From an archaeon GW2011_AR15 (GTDB taxonomy: Archaea > Nanobdellota > Nanobdellia > Woesearchaeales > GW2011-AR15), in assembly GCA_000830295.1 (NCBI GenBank), contig CP010425.1:384001-448000 (forward strand): 64,000 nucleotides of DNA, in the 5' to 3' direction. Made by a program: the position numbers and the translations under genes. Of this stretch, positions 9,769 to 19,135 are shown piece by piece (position 1 is the first letter of the stretch; every line of letters starts with the position of its first letter). The notes beneath the pieces are model-generated. The model was not told the origin of the DNA and searched no databases. It was given only the letters and a program-made list of their open reading frames with translations.

Positions 9769-10035
9769 TTACTCTTCTTCAGCTTCGTAAGAAGGAACTG
9801 CTGACTTGTTTATTATCATTATGTCGCCTATGCTCTTCACAAGAGGGTGGGGGACGACAACTCCCTTTGCGCTTCCGAGAACAGCGTTCAGGAATGAATT
9901 TCTTGTTGCTTTTACACGCCAGCCGAATATCTTGTTTGTTGTGACAATGACTTCCTCAACATCTCCGAAATAATCACCGCTGTCTGTAAATACCTTCATG
10001 TCATAGCATTCTGAAATTCTTTTCATCTTTAGCAT
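9769..10035 (-). CDS. PRC-barrel domain protein
   Basis: VFTDSGDYFGDVEE, VKSIGDIMII. Confidence 0.9.
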   Translation of the reverse strand: MLKMKRISECYDMKVFTDSGDYFGDVEEVIVTTNKIFGWRVKATRNSFLNAVLGSAKGVVVPHPLVKSIGDIMIINKSAVPSYEAEEE

Positions 10036-10069
10036 TTTAATCCCACCTAATGTAAACTAATTTATTACC

Positions 10070-10094
10070 ATATTTATATAGTTTTTTATATTTC
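10070..10094 (-). repeat. 25-bp exact direct repeat, copy 1 (BRE/TATA promoter of the PRC-barrel gene)
   Basis: ATATTTATATAGTTTTTTATATTTC, identical at 12125-12149. Confidence 0.8.
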
Positions 10095-10102
10095 AATAAG
10101 CC

Positions 10103-10534
10103 ATGACAGTCATAATCGTGACAGGGACTCCCGGGACAGGAAAGACCACGATAGCCAGGAAGATAGCCGGAGAGAAAAATCTCAAGTACATAGATGTGAA
10201 TAAGCTTATTGAAGAACAGCATCTTTATGATGCCCTAGACTTTGACAGGGATTCCAAGATTGTAGATACTGGAAAGCTGAACAGGGCCCTTATAAAGATA
10301 ATAAAAGAAGAGAAGGATGTTGTGATTGACTCGCACCTTTCCCACTATCTGCCGAAAAAATACGTGGATAAGTGCATAGTTACCAAGTCCAGCCTTGAAG
10401 AACTGAAAAAAAGGCTGAAAAAAAGAGGATATAAGGAGGGCAAGATAAGGGAAAACCTCGATGCTGAAATATTTGACATATGCAGGATAGAAGCAGAGGA
10501 AGCAGGGCATGATGTTGAGGTTGTGCAGACCTAG
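10103..10534 (+). CDS. Adenylate kinase AK6/Fap7 family
   Basis: IVTGTPGTGKTT, IDSHLSH, RGY, KIRENLDAEI. Confidence 0.93.
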   Translation: MTVIIVTGTPGTGKTTIARKIAGEKNLKYIDVNKLIEEQHLYDALDFDRDSKIVDTGKLNRALIKIIKEEKDVVIDSHLSHYLPKKYVDKCIVTKSSLEELKKRLKKRGYKEGKIRENLDAEIFDICRIEAEEAGHDVEVVQT

Positions 10535-12073
10535 CTAGCCTGATTCGTCTTTATACCAGTGGTTGCTCAATTCTGTATCTGAACTTGTCTGGTCTTGCTT
10601 CCTCAGTTTGACAGGCCCAAGCTCAAACGGGATGCCCGCATTTATGTCGGCTTCTGCCTGATTGACCAGAAGCGTTATCAGGTGGTCATATGAATCCATG
10701 AATCTGTCGTCACTCTTATCCAGATCTATGATTTTCCTGCTGGCTATGAATTCTTTAAGAATGTCTGCCATGGACTTATCTTCTGTTATCCTGCCGGCAA
10801 TGAATTTCTGGTTTTCCGGCCTGTCTAAAAATCCTGCCTCTTTATAGAGGAATATGTCACCGTGGCTGTCCATGGCAACAGATAGCTGGGGGTAGCCTGA
10901 TTTTCTCATCTGGGTCCCCTTGACTCTTGCCAATGGCTTTCCCAGAATTCCTTCTCCCAGAGCCGCCATGGCATATCCGAAATCAACGTGCATATCCGGG
11001 CACTCTTTCTCTCTTCTTTTATTGAACTCTGCAAACAGGGATATCAGCTCTTGCCTCTGCTCTTCTGTCAGGAAACCTTCCAGATAATACTTCCTCCCCT
11101 CGACTGATTTGTCCACATCATCTTCTATCTCTGTAACGCTCCCGAAATCTTCCCTGATTGTAAGAAAATCAATTCCCGGCCCATTGTCTACTTTAGAATT
11201 GACTTCATTGATATAATCAAGCAAGGGTAGTATTGTATGCATATTTTCAGGCAGGATAATGTAGTTGAGTCCTACTTTCAGGTTTGATTTCCTTTTGTTT
11301 CTCTCTTTCAGGAATTCTATTATGTTACCCTTAACCATTTCATAGGCCTGTGGATGCCTCGTGACATTGAATGTGGATTCCTGATCTGTTCCATACAATG
11401 ATACTCTTAATGAATCAAGATCCCAAAGCCCCGGCTGCATTGCCACATATTTAGGAGTAAGCATGTGGGCGTTTGTAATCAAAGGCACTTTATATCCCAG
11501 CTTTTTTGCATGGGTGATTATCTCACCCAATTTGAAATTTGTAAGCGGCTCAAGCCCTCCTGAGATTGATATCCTTGAGCCTTTTGGCAGCCCTGAAATG
11601 GCATCCTTAAACTTTTTTGCTCCTGATACCAATACCTCGCCAGGCTTGTAGCTCGCCTGCTGATTTCTGCCGCAAAAGCCGCAATAATACATGCAGGACA
11701 TGCCCGGAAACAACGTCAGGCGGAAAGGCAGCGCGTATTCATAATTCAGCACCTTGCTTATGTTGCCGCTGCTGACATGGGTCAGGATCGTGTTCCAGTA
11801 TTTCTTGCCTAATCCTTCAAAAACTATCATTTGCTGTAAGAAATCAGAATTCTGGATTATGGCATTCAGCTCAATTAATTCTTGTTTTGATAATTCTGTG
11901 TCTTCAAGCAGCTGCTTTTGTGTGTACCAGGGCATTTCTGAAAGGTGATGGATTATCATTGAAGCAGGCACAATCCATTTTTCAGGAATACCTTCCTTAA
12001 GAAGAGTATTGGTTACGTGTGTGGGAATACCTGTTTGATATTCTTTATATAACCAGTCTTTAAAATTCTTCAT
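10535..12073 (-). CDS. desII: DesII-like radical SAM enzyme (dTDP-4-amino-4,6-dideoxyglucose deaminase family)
   Basis: CMYYCGFC; SGGLEPLTN, QPGLW, SLYG, IDFLTIRED, HVDFGYA, PQLSVAMD..GDIFLYKEAGF, IAGR, FMD match recalled Streptomyces DesII blocks. Confidence 0.85.
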   Translation of the reverse strand: MKNFKDWLYKEYQTGIPTHVTNTLLKEGIPEKWIVPASMIIHHLSEMPWYTQKQLLEDTELSKQELIELNAIIQNSDFLQQMIVFEGLGKKYWNTILTHVSSGNISKVLNYEYALPFRLTLFPGMSCMYYCGFCGRNQQASYKPGEVLVSGAKKFKDAISGLPKGSRISISGGLEPLTNFKLGEIITHAKKLGYKVPLITNAHMLTPKYVAMQPGLWDLDSLRVSLYGTDQESTFNVTRHPQAYEMVKGNIIEFLKERNKRKSNLKVGLNYIILPENMHTILPLLDYINEVNSKVDNGPGIDFLTIREDFGSVTEIEDDVDKSVEGRKYYLEGFLTEEQRQELISLFAEFNKRREKECPDMHVDFGYAMAALGEGILGKPLARVKGTQMRKSGYPQLSVAMDSHGDIFLYKEAGFLDRPENQKFIAGRITEDKSMADILKEFIASRKIIDLDKSDDRFMDSYDHLITLLVNQAEADINAGIPFELGPVKLRKQDQTSSDTELSNHWYKDESG

Positions 12074-12124
12074 TTTTTAAATATAAATGTTCATGAATAC
12101 TTTTCACTTTTAACATTTTAACGA

Positions 12125-12149
12125 ATATTTATATAGTTTTTTATATTTC
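12125..12149 (-). repeat. 25-bp exact direct repeat, copy 2 (promoter of the desII-like gene)
   Basis: Identical to 10070-10094. Confidence 0.8.
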
Positions 12150-12156
12150 TATAATT

Positions 12157-13086
12157 TTATTCAAGAATCTCAACGCTGTCTATCTTCCCGTCGCCGTCCA
12201 GGTCAAATCCCTGCACAATTGCATGGAATTCCTTCTGGCCTGTAAACCTGTGTATGACCTGGCCTGTGTTTCTCGTGAAAGCGAATACAGCAGCCTTTGT
12301 GCCTATGAACCTTATGCCTGACAGCACAAGCACGAAATATTCCGGGTTATATGGGTTGGGAAGCCTGGATATCATGCCTATGCTCTCTTCTGTGTAAGTT
12401 GCTTTTTTTGTTATTATTCCCCACGGCTTCTTGTCTGAGAACTTCGCAGGCAGGAAATCGTTTATCTTGCTCACAACATGGTTTGTTACAGGCCCGCCGA
12501 CCAGGATCAGATTTCTGCTCTCCTTTAGGTCAATATCAACATCCAGCTTTGTTGAGAAATTCTCATCCATGCTGCAAAGACCTCCTAAAAACAGGCCGAG
12601 GTCTATTGCGTAATGCCCGTCGCGCGCCCTTGCCTTGTGAGGGCCGTGCGGGTCAGGGGAGCCCACGACAATGCTGGCATTCAGCCTGTTGTTCTGTATG
12701 AACGGCTTCAGGAAATTCAGGGTTGTATCATCTTTCTTTTTAATGAGGGAAGCAAGAGGTTTCCATTCTTTTGACATTGTAAGGGCGAAATTAAGCTGTT
12801 TTGGGGAAAGCTTTTTGGCAACTGTGCCCCTTATCTCTTCCCTGCCAACAACATCAAGTATGCCGGAATTCATCATCTGCTTTATGTGGTAATAGATTTT
12901 CTGCTCATGCATCTTCATCTCTTTTGCAAGCTCTGCAGGATACATCGGCTTTTTTGCCAGAAGCTCAAGAATCTGCATCCTTATGGGATGATCTACAATC
13001 TTCAGGGCCTCCGGACTGTCAACTATGAGTGCGTCGCTGTAAAGCATGCTGCCGTCCCTTTCCTGCAATATATAGGATTTCACCAT
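12157..13086 (-). CDS. ArsR-type wHTH regulator fused to an S-layer-C-terminal-like domain
   Basis: HPIRMQILELL..PMYPAELAKEM..EQKIYYHI; C-terminal NLILVGGPVTN, GTKAA; ends DLDGDG. Confidence 0.8.
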   Translation of the reverse strand: MVKSYILQERDGSMLYSDALIVDSPEALKIVDHPIRMQILELLAKKPMYPAELAKEMKMHEQKIYYHIKQMMNSGILDVVGREEIRGTVAKKLSPKQLNFALTMSKEWKPLASLIKKKDDTTLNFLKPFIQNNRLNASIVVGSPDPHGPHKARARDGHYAIDLGLFLGGLCSMDENFSTKLDVDIDLKESRNLILVGGPVTNHVVSKINDFLPAKFSDKKPWGIITKKATYTEESIGMISRLPNPYNPEYFVLVLSGIRFIGTKAAVFAFTRNTGQVIHRFTGQKEFHAIVQGFDLDGDGKIDSVEILE

Positions 13087-13096
13087 TTTATTATCC

Positions 13097-13112
13097 TATA
13101 AGAAATCTTATA
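13097..13112. promoter_or_regulatory. Palindromic operator candidate TATAAGA-AA-TCTTATA
   Basis: 7-2-7 inverted repeat between the regulator's TATA box and its start codon. Confidence 0.5.
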
Positions 13113-13238
13113 ATATTTATATATCTTTTCATAATATAATTAAAGCCTGCTTCCTTTGGCTTATAGACGAGAAACCCTGTTTTTACTATAAATTCCGTTT
13201 GAATTAACTATATAAATAGACTGAACTCAACTGAGAGC

Positions 13239-14579
13239 ATGAAATTATTCGGAACAGACGGCATAAGAGGAGAGGCCAATAAATTCCCTATTACCGGGGA
13301 AGTTGCCCTCAAGCTGGGCAAGGCTTTTGCCAAGGTAATGTCCAGAAACAAAAAGCCTGTTTTCCTTATAGGAAAGGATACAAGGCTTTCAGGCTACATG
13401 CTGGAATATGCACTTACTGCGGGGCTTACATCCATGGGCGCTGATGTCCTTCTTGCCGGCCCTCTTCCCACTCCCGGGGTTGCCTATCTGATAAGGGAAT
13501 TCAGGGCAGATGCGGGCATAATGATAACTGCCTCCCACAATCCATACATAGACAACGGCATAAAATTATTTGATTCTGAAGGGAGAAAGCTGCCTGACAA
13601 AACAGAAGAAAAAATACAGGACCTTATCCTCAATCATAGGATTGACACTGCGCACGTGACTTCAAAAAACATAGGAAAGGCAAAAAGGATTGATGACGCT
13701 GCTTTGAGATATGCCCAGTATATCAAAGGAACAATAGATAACACCTCCCTGAAACCATTGAAGCTTGTGCTTGACTGCGCAAACGGAGCTGCCTACAAGG
13801 TGGCTCCAATGGTTTTTTCAGAGCTCGGAGCTGATGTAACCACAATATTCAGCACACCGGACGGAAACAACATAAACAAGGGCTGCGGAGCCCTGCATCC
13901 TGAAGTTGTCAAAGAGGCTGTGCTGAAGCGCGGGGCAGATGCCGGAATAACGCTTGACGGCGATGCCGACAGGGTAATCATGGTCGACGAAACCGGAAAA
14001 ATAATTGACGGGGACTACATGCTTGCAATCGCAGGCCTTTATATGATGGAAAAAAAGAAGCTGAAAAAAGACACTGTGGTTGCAACAGAATATTCCAATC
14101 TTGCTTTTGACGAGCTCATAGGAAAGAAAGGCGGAAATGTCGTAAGGTCAAAGAACGGCGACAGGTATGTCATTGAAGAAATGATTAAAGGGGGCTACAA
14201 TCTTGGCGGAGAGTTCTCAGGCCACCTGATTTTTTCAGACTACAATACAACAGGAGACGGGATAATTGCAGGAGCGCAGATACTGAGGATAATGAAGGAA
14301 AAAAACAAAAAGCTCTCTGAGCTTGCTGCTGTGCTGCACAAGTACCCGCAGGTATTGATGAGCACCCCTGTGAAAGAAAAAAAGCCTTTTGAAGAAATGC
14401 CGAGCGTAATGAATGAAATAAAAAAAGCTGAAAAGGCTCTCGGAGACAAGGGAAGGCACCTGATAAGATATTCAGGCACTGAGATGAAAGCAAGAGTCAT
14501 GATAGAAGGCCAGAACGAAGAGCTTATAACAATGCTCTGCAGGGATATAATTTCAAAGATAAAAAATGAGGTGGCTTAA
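13239..14579 (+). CDS. glmM: Phosphoglucosamine mutase
   Basis: LFGTDGIRG, TASHNP, DGDADR, GGEFSGH, RYSGTE. Confidence 0.95.
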   Translation: MKLFGTDGIRGEANKFPITGEVALKLGKAFAKVMSRNKKPVFLIGKDTRLSGYMLEYALTAGLTSMGADVLLAGPLPTPGVAYLIREFRADAGIMITASHNPYIDNGIKLFDSEGRKLPDKTEEKIQDLILNHRIDTAHVTSKNIGKAKRIDDAALRYAQYIKGTIDNTSLKPLKLVLDCANGAAYKVAPMVFSELGADVTTIFSTPDGNNINKGCGALHPEVVKEAVLKRGADAGITLDGDADRVIMVDETGKIIDGDYMLAIAGLYMMEKKKLKKDTVVATEYSNLAFDELIGKKGGNVVRSKNGDRYVIEEMIKGGYNLGGEFSGHLIFSDYNTTGDGIIAGAQILRIMKEKNKKLSELAAVLHKYPQVLMSTPVKEKKPFEEMPSVMNEIKKAEKALGDKGRHLIRYSGTEMKARVMIEGQNEELITMLCRDIISKIKNEVA

Positions 14580-14580
14580 G

Positions 14581-15759
14581 ATGCAGGCAGTTATACTGGC
14601 AGCAGGAAAGGGAACAAGGACATATCCGCTTACTCTGGAAAAGCCAAAGCATCTGCTTAAAGTTGCGAACAGGACAATAATAGAGCATAATCTTGAGCAG
14701 CTGAAGGGCCTGGCTGATGAAATCCTGATTGTTGTGGGAAAAGAGAAATTCACAGAAAAACTTCTGGGAAATAATTACAAGGGTATCAGGATAAGGTATC
14801 TGATACAGGAAAAGCCTGAGGGAAACGGTCAGGCACTGATGATTGCCGAGAGATTCATCAAAGACAGGTTCATAGCAATGGTTGCTGATGACCTGTATTC
14901 AGGAAGCGACATAAAAAAATGCCTGAAGCACAGATACTGCGTCCTTGTAAAAGAAGTTGATGATCTTTCAAGGTTCGGCGAAGTAAGCCATAAAGGCAGC
15001 CTGGTTACAGGATTCATGGAAAAGCCAGGCAGGAAAAAAGGGCTTGCAAATACAGGGCTGCAGGTTTATGACAGGAAAATATTCTCCCACAGGCTGATGA
15101 AGTCAAAAAGGGGGGAATTTGAAATTGTGGATTACATAACATATCTTATTGAAAAAGGCGAAAAAGTGCATTATGAAAAAATAGCAGACTACTGGTTTCC
15201 CATAACTTATCCCTGGAGCCTGCTTGAAGCAAATGAGTTCCTTCTCTCAAAAATAAAGAAAGCAGTCGGCGGGGAGGTCGAGAAATATGCTGTGCTGAAA
15301 GGCCCTGTCGTTGTCGGAAAAGGCACGATAATAAAATCAGGCTCATACATTGAGGGCCCTGTCATCATAGGAGAAAACTGCAGCATCGGCCCGAACTGCT
15401 ACATAAGGGCGCACAGCTCAATAGGAAACAGCTGCAAAATAGGGAATGCTGTTGAAGTGAAAAATACAATTGTCGGAGACAGGACATCAATAGGCCACCT
15501 CAGCTATGCCGGCGATTCGGTAATAGGGGATGATGTCAATTTCGGCGCAGGAACAATCATTGCGAATTTAAGGCATGACGGAGAAAATATCTCCTCTCCT
15601 GTAAAAGGAGAGATGACTAATACAGGAAGAAAAAAATTCGGCGCGGTAATAGGGGATGGCGCAAAACTCGGGATAAAGACAATAATATATCCCGGGAGAA
15701 AAATCTGGCCGGAAAAGACAACACTGCCGGGAGAGATAGTAAAGAGGGATGTGCAGTGA
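14581..15759 (+). CDS. glmU: Archaeal bifunctional sugar-1-P nucleotidyltransferase/acetyltransferase (GlmU type)
   Basis: LAAGKGTR..PLT..PK, YPWSLLEAN, hexapeptide repeats, HLSYAGDS, NLRHD. Confidence 0.92.
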   Translation: MQAVILAAGKGTRTYPLTLEKPKHLLKVANRTIIEHNLEQLKGLADEILIVVGKEKFTEKLLGNNYKGIRIRYLIQEKPEGNGQALMIAERFIKDRFIAMVADDLYSGSDIKKCLKHRYCVLVKEVDDLSRFGEVSHKGSLVTGFMEKPGRKKGLANTGLQVYDRKIFSHRLMKSKRGEFEIVDYITYLIEKGEKVHYEKIADYWFPITYPWSLLEANEFLLSKIKKAVGGEVEKYAVLKGPVVVGKGTIIKSGSYIEGPVIIGENCSIGPNCYIRAHSSIGNSCKIGNAVEVKNTIVGDRTSIGHLSYAGDSVIGDDVNFGAGTIIANLRHDGENISSPVKGEMTNTGRKKFGAVIGDGAKLGIKTIIYPGRKIWPEKTTLPGEIVKRDVQ

Positions 15760-16616
15760 AAAACAGGGGAGAGATCTATATCCTGCTTACTGCACTTATA
15801 ATCTCAACGTTCGGCATTTTCATAAGGGAGCTCGACAAGGAAGTTCCGCCTATAGCACAGGTCTCGCTTAGGTTCATGATAGCTGCTATAATTTATTTTG
15901 TACTGTTCGCAAAAGACAGGGCTTACCTGAAAATCACGAAGCCGCAGTTTTTCAAATTGCTGATTGCCGGGTTTCTCGCATACGGCGTGATGGTTGTGCT
16001 GTTTGTATTATCATATCTCAACACGAGCTATGCCAATGCGTCCGCATTCACGAGCATGACCCCGCTGTTTGCAGGGATATTCGGCTGGATGCTGCTAAGG
16101 GAAAAAATAACAAACAGCAAGATTATCGCATTGCTGCTTTCTGTCTCCGGAGTCATGATAATTTTCAGGCCTGATTTTTCTAATTTCGACATCGGCATTG
16201 CATATGGCATTGCCTGTGCCCTGCTCTACGGGCTTTATTTCACAATCATAAGAAGCTTTAAGAAAGATGACTGGAAAACATCAGCTTTCTATGTCCCCCT
16301 TTTTGCAGGATTTCTCCTTTTTCCTTTTGTGCTTATATTTGAAACAACAAGCTTCAGCTACAGCCTGACAACCTGGATTTACATAATAATAATGTCCCTG
16401 CTGAATGTTGCTGTGCTGTTTTTTCTTAACAGGGGGATGCAGACAGTTGAGGCCGGTGTCGGCGGGATACTCTCATCCTCAGTTATTGTATTCGGAAGCA
16501 TAATCAGTATATTGGTCTATCGCGAACTGCCTTCCCTGGCTGAATTGGCAGGGTATGCTTTCATACTGCTTGCAGTCGTAGCTGTGCATCTGAAATTCAA
16601 AAAAGGTGATCGATAA
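15756..16616 (+). CDS. DMT/EamA transporter (two EamA repeats)
   Basis: About 10 hydrophobic segments; LRF, TPLF..LLREK. Confidence 0.9.
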   Translation: MKNRGEIYILLTALIISTFGIFIRELDKEVPPIAQVSLRFMIAAIIYFVLFAKDRAYLKITKPQFFKLLIAGFLAYGVMVVLFVLSYLNTSYANASAFTSMTPLFAGIFGWMLLREKITNSKIIALLLSVSGVMIIFRPDFSNFDIGIAYGIACALLYGLYFTIIRSFKKDDWKTSAFYVPLFAGFLLFPFVLIFETTSFSYSLTTWIYIIIMSLLNVAVLFFLNRGMQTVEAGVGGILSSSVIVFGSIISILVYRELPSLAELAGYAFILLAVVAVHLKFKKGDR

Positions 16617-18325
16617 TGTGCGGAATTGTAGGAATGGTTTCTGCTGATGAGTTTTACGCAAGGGAAGCAGTGCAGAGGCTGAAAAGGCTGGAATACAGGG
16701 GATATGACTCATTCGGATATTATTATGACGGAAAGCTGTTCAAGAAAACAGGCCACATAATTGTCCCGGAGACAAAAGACAGGACCAAAATGATAATAAC
16801 GCACACAAGGTGGGCGACTCACGGCGGTGTAACTGATGCCAATGCCCATCCCCACAGGGCAGGAAAGGTTACAATAGTGCACAACGGCATAATTGAAAAT
16901 TATGAAGAGCTGAGGGAAGGGCTGAAAGAAAAGGGGCGTGTGTTCAGCAGCGAGACAGATTCAGAGGTCGCTGCGCATTATTTCGATGAGAAGCTGAAGA
17001 CAAAACCAATGAAAGAGGCGTGCGTTGACTTCATTAAGGATATTAAAGGCGAATTTGCAATACTTGTTATGATAGACAGGGAGGATACTCTGTATGCGCT
17101 GAGAAGGGATTCCCCGATGGTATTGGGAGTCGGGGAAAACATAAACATACTTGCATCTGATATCTATGCTTTCTCTGATGTCACAAGCAAGGCCATATTT
17201 TTTGAGAATGATGAGTTCGCTGCTGTGAAAAGCGGCTCTTACACTTTCTATGATAGGCACGGAAAAGAAATAAAAAAGAAAATCCAGCAGTTCAAGTGGG
17301 AGCAGGAGGAGTCAACCCGTGAAGAGTATGAGCATTTCATGCTGAAAGAGATAATGGAAGAGCCGAAAGCTGTCAGGAGGCTGATACTGAGCCTGGAGAC
17401 GGAGCAGAAGGAAAATTTCGGCAAATTCGTAAAGCTCATGAAAGAATCAAGGAAAGTCACTTTTGTCGCCTCAGGAACGAGCTATCACGCTTCCCTTCTC
17501 GGCGTGTATTACCTGCACAAGTGCGGTGTCGAGGCCCAGACAATAATTGCCTCAGAGTTTGAGCATTTTGTGGGCGTTGACAGGAACACCCTGGTTGTGG
17601 CAATATCGCAGTCAGGAGAGACAATGGATGTTATTGAAGCGCTGAAATATGCAAAAAAGAACAGGGCAAAAATCGCCTCTATTGTTAATGTGCCGTATTC
17701 AACTGTGCAGAGGATGTCAGAAATCTCCCTGAATATTGTGGCCGGCCAGGAAATATGCGTTGCTGCGACAAAATCTTTTGTCAATCAGGTAACCCTTATG
17801 CTGAGCATTGCCAGGGAATTCGGGTTCAGGATAAATACAAGCAACATTCCGGGCAAGATAGAGAAGATATTCAGGCAGAAAGACAAGATAGAGAAAATGG
17901 CGAAGGAACTCAACAGGCACAATGATATCTATGTCCTGGGCCGGGGCCTGAGCTATCCTGTTGCAAGGGAGATTGCCCTGAAAATAAAAGAGATATCATA
18001 CATGCACGCAGAAGGAATGATGGGCGGAGAGCTGAAACATGGAACAATAGCCTTGATTGAAAAAGGCACACCAGTTATTGGACTGATAAGCAACAAAGAT
18101 TATGACATGCTCTCAAACATAAAAGAGGTTGAGGCAAGGGGGGCCCATGTAATAAAAATCACAAATGAGATGAAAGGAGATTTCATGGTCGATACTTCAA
18201 ACGACGGAAAATTCGGGATACTTGCGACCATAGTGGGCCAGCTTCTTACATATTATGTTGCGAAAGAAAGGGGGCTGCCTATTGACAAGCCGAGAAACCT
18301 CGCGAAAAGCGTGACAGTCAAATGA
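16616..18325 (+). CDS. glmS: Glutamine-fructose-6-phosphate aminotransferase
   Basis: MCGIVG, LEYRGYDS, HTRWATHG, SQSGET, PRNLAKSVTV. Confidence 0.97.
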   Translation: MCGIVGMVSADEFYAREAVQRLKRLEYRGYDSFGYYYDGKLFKKTGHIIVPETKDRTKMIITHTRWATHGGVTDANAHPHRAGKVTIVHNGIIENYEELREGLKEKGRVFSSETDSEVAAHYFDEKLKTKPMKEACVDFIKDIKGEFAILVMIDREDTLYALRRDSPMVLGVGENINILASDIYAFSDVTSKAIFFENDEFAAVKSGSYTFYDRHGKEIKKKIQQFKWEQEESTREEYEHFMLKEIMEEPKAVRRLILSLETEQKENFGKFVKLMKESRKVTFVASGTSYHASLLGVYYLHKCGVEAQTIIASEFEHFVGVDRNTLVVAISQSGETMDVIEALKYAKKNRAKIASIVNVPYSTVQRMSEISLNIVAGQEICVAATKSFVNQVTLMLSIAREFGFRINTSNIPGKIEKIFRQKDKIEKMAKELNRHNDIYVLGRGLSYPVAREIALKIKEISYMHAEGMMGGELKHGTIALIEKGTPVIGLISNKDYDMLSNIKEVEARGAHVIKITNEMKGDFMVDTSNDGKFGILATIVGQLLTYYVAKERGLPIDKPRNLAKSVTVK

Positions 18326-19092
18326 GCTTTGGAAACTGGAATCCGAGAAGGTATCTTGAGATATATTTTCCAAAAGATATAGGCTATGAGCCTGCTATTG
18401 AATTCATAGTCCAGCAGAGAAAAAATTTCCAGGGCAAGATTGGGGTAGAGATAGGGAGCGGTCCGACTGTCTGTTATTTTTCTGCTGCTGCAGACTCTCT
18501 CAAAGGGATATATGTCTCTGATTTTCTTGAAGCTAATCTTGAGGAGATAAAGAAGTGGGCTGATGGAAGCGGATATGACTGGGGTAATTTCTCAAGGATG
18601 ATTCTGGAATATGACGGGTCCAATCAGAGCATATCTGAATATGAAAGGGAAGTGAAAGGCAAACTTTCGGGATTTCTCCACTGTGATATCAGGGAAAAGG
18701 ATATTTTCGGAAACAAGTTTGATTTTGTCATGTCGTTCTATTGCGCAGACAGCATGACTGATGACAAGGAAAAATGGAAAGAGTATTTTACGAACATTCT
18801 GAATGTTGTCAGGCCCGGAGGCTTTTTCATAGGCGGGGCGCTGTACAGATGCAGGAAATACATGATTGATGGTGCTGAATTCCCTTCTGCCAACCTTGAT
18901 GAAAATGATGTCAGGGATGCCATGATTGATGCGGGGATGTATGATATAACCGTCAAAGTGGCAGATGACAGCATGCCCAAAGATAAGGAAAAGAGGGAGC
19001 AGCTTAATTATACTAAAATCATACTCATGTCGGGCTTCAGGCAGGGCCGGCCATCATTAGAGGATATTACCGGGTCCCATGCGCTTGGGTAA
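18322..19092 (+). CDS. NNMT/PNMT/TEMT-family small-molecule methyltransferase
   Basis: WNPRRYLEIYF, EIGSGPT, SDFLEANLEEIKKW, YDW, CDI, FYCADS, RPGG. Confidence 0.85.
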   Translation: MSFGNWNPRRYLEIYFPKDIGYEPAIEFIVQQRKNFQGKIGVEIGSGPTVCYFSAAADSLKGIYVSDFLEANLEEIKKWADGSGYDWGNFSRMILEYDGSNQSISEYEREVKGKLSGFLHCDIREKDIFGNKFDFVMSFYCADSMTDDKEKWKEYFTNILNVVRPGGFFIGGALYRCRKYMIDGAEFPSANLDENDVRDAMIDAGMYDITVKVADDSMPKDKEKREQLNYTKIILMSGFRQGRPSLEDITGSHALG

Positions 19093-19135
19093 TTTACCAA
19101 AACAATATTAATAGGCAGATAAATTCTATGGCCAT

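Noticed and set aside
16560-16616. Possible glmS ribozyme
   Set aside because: glmS is translationally coupled to the DMT gene, so there is no leader
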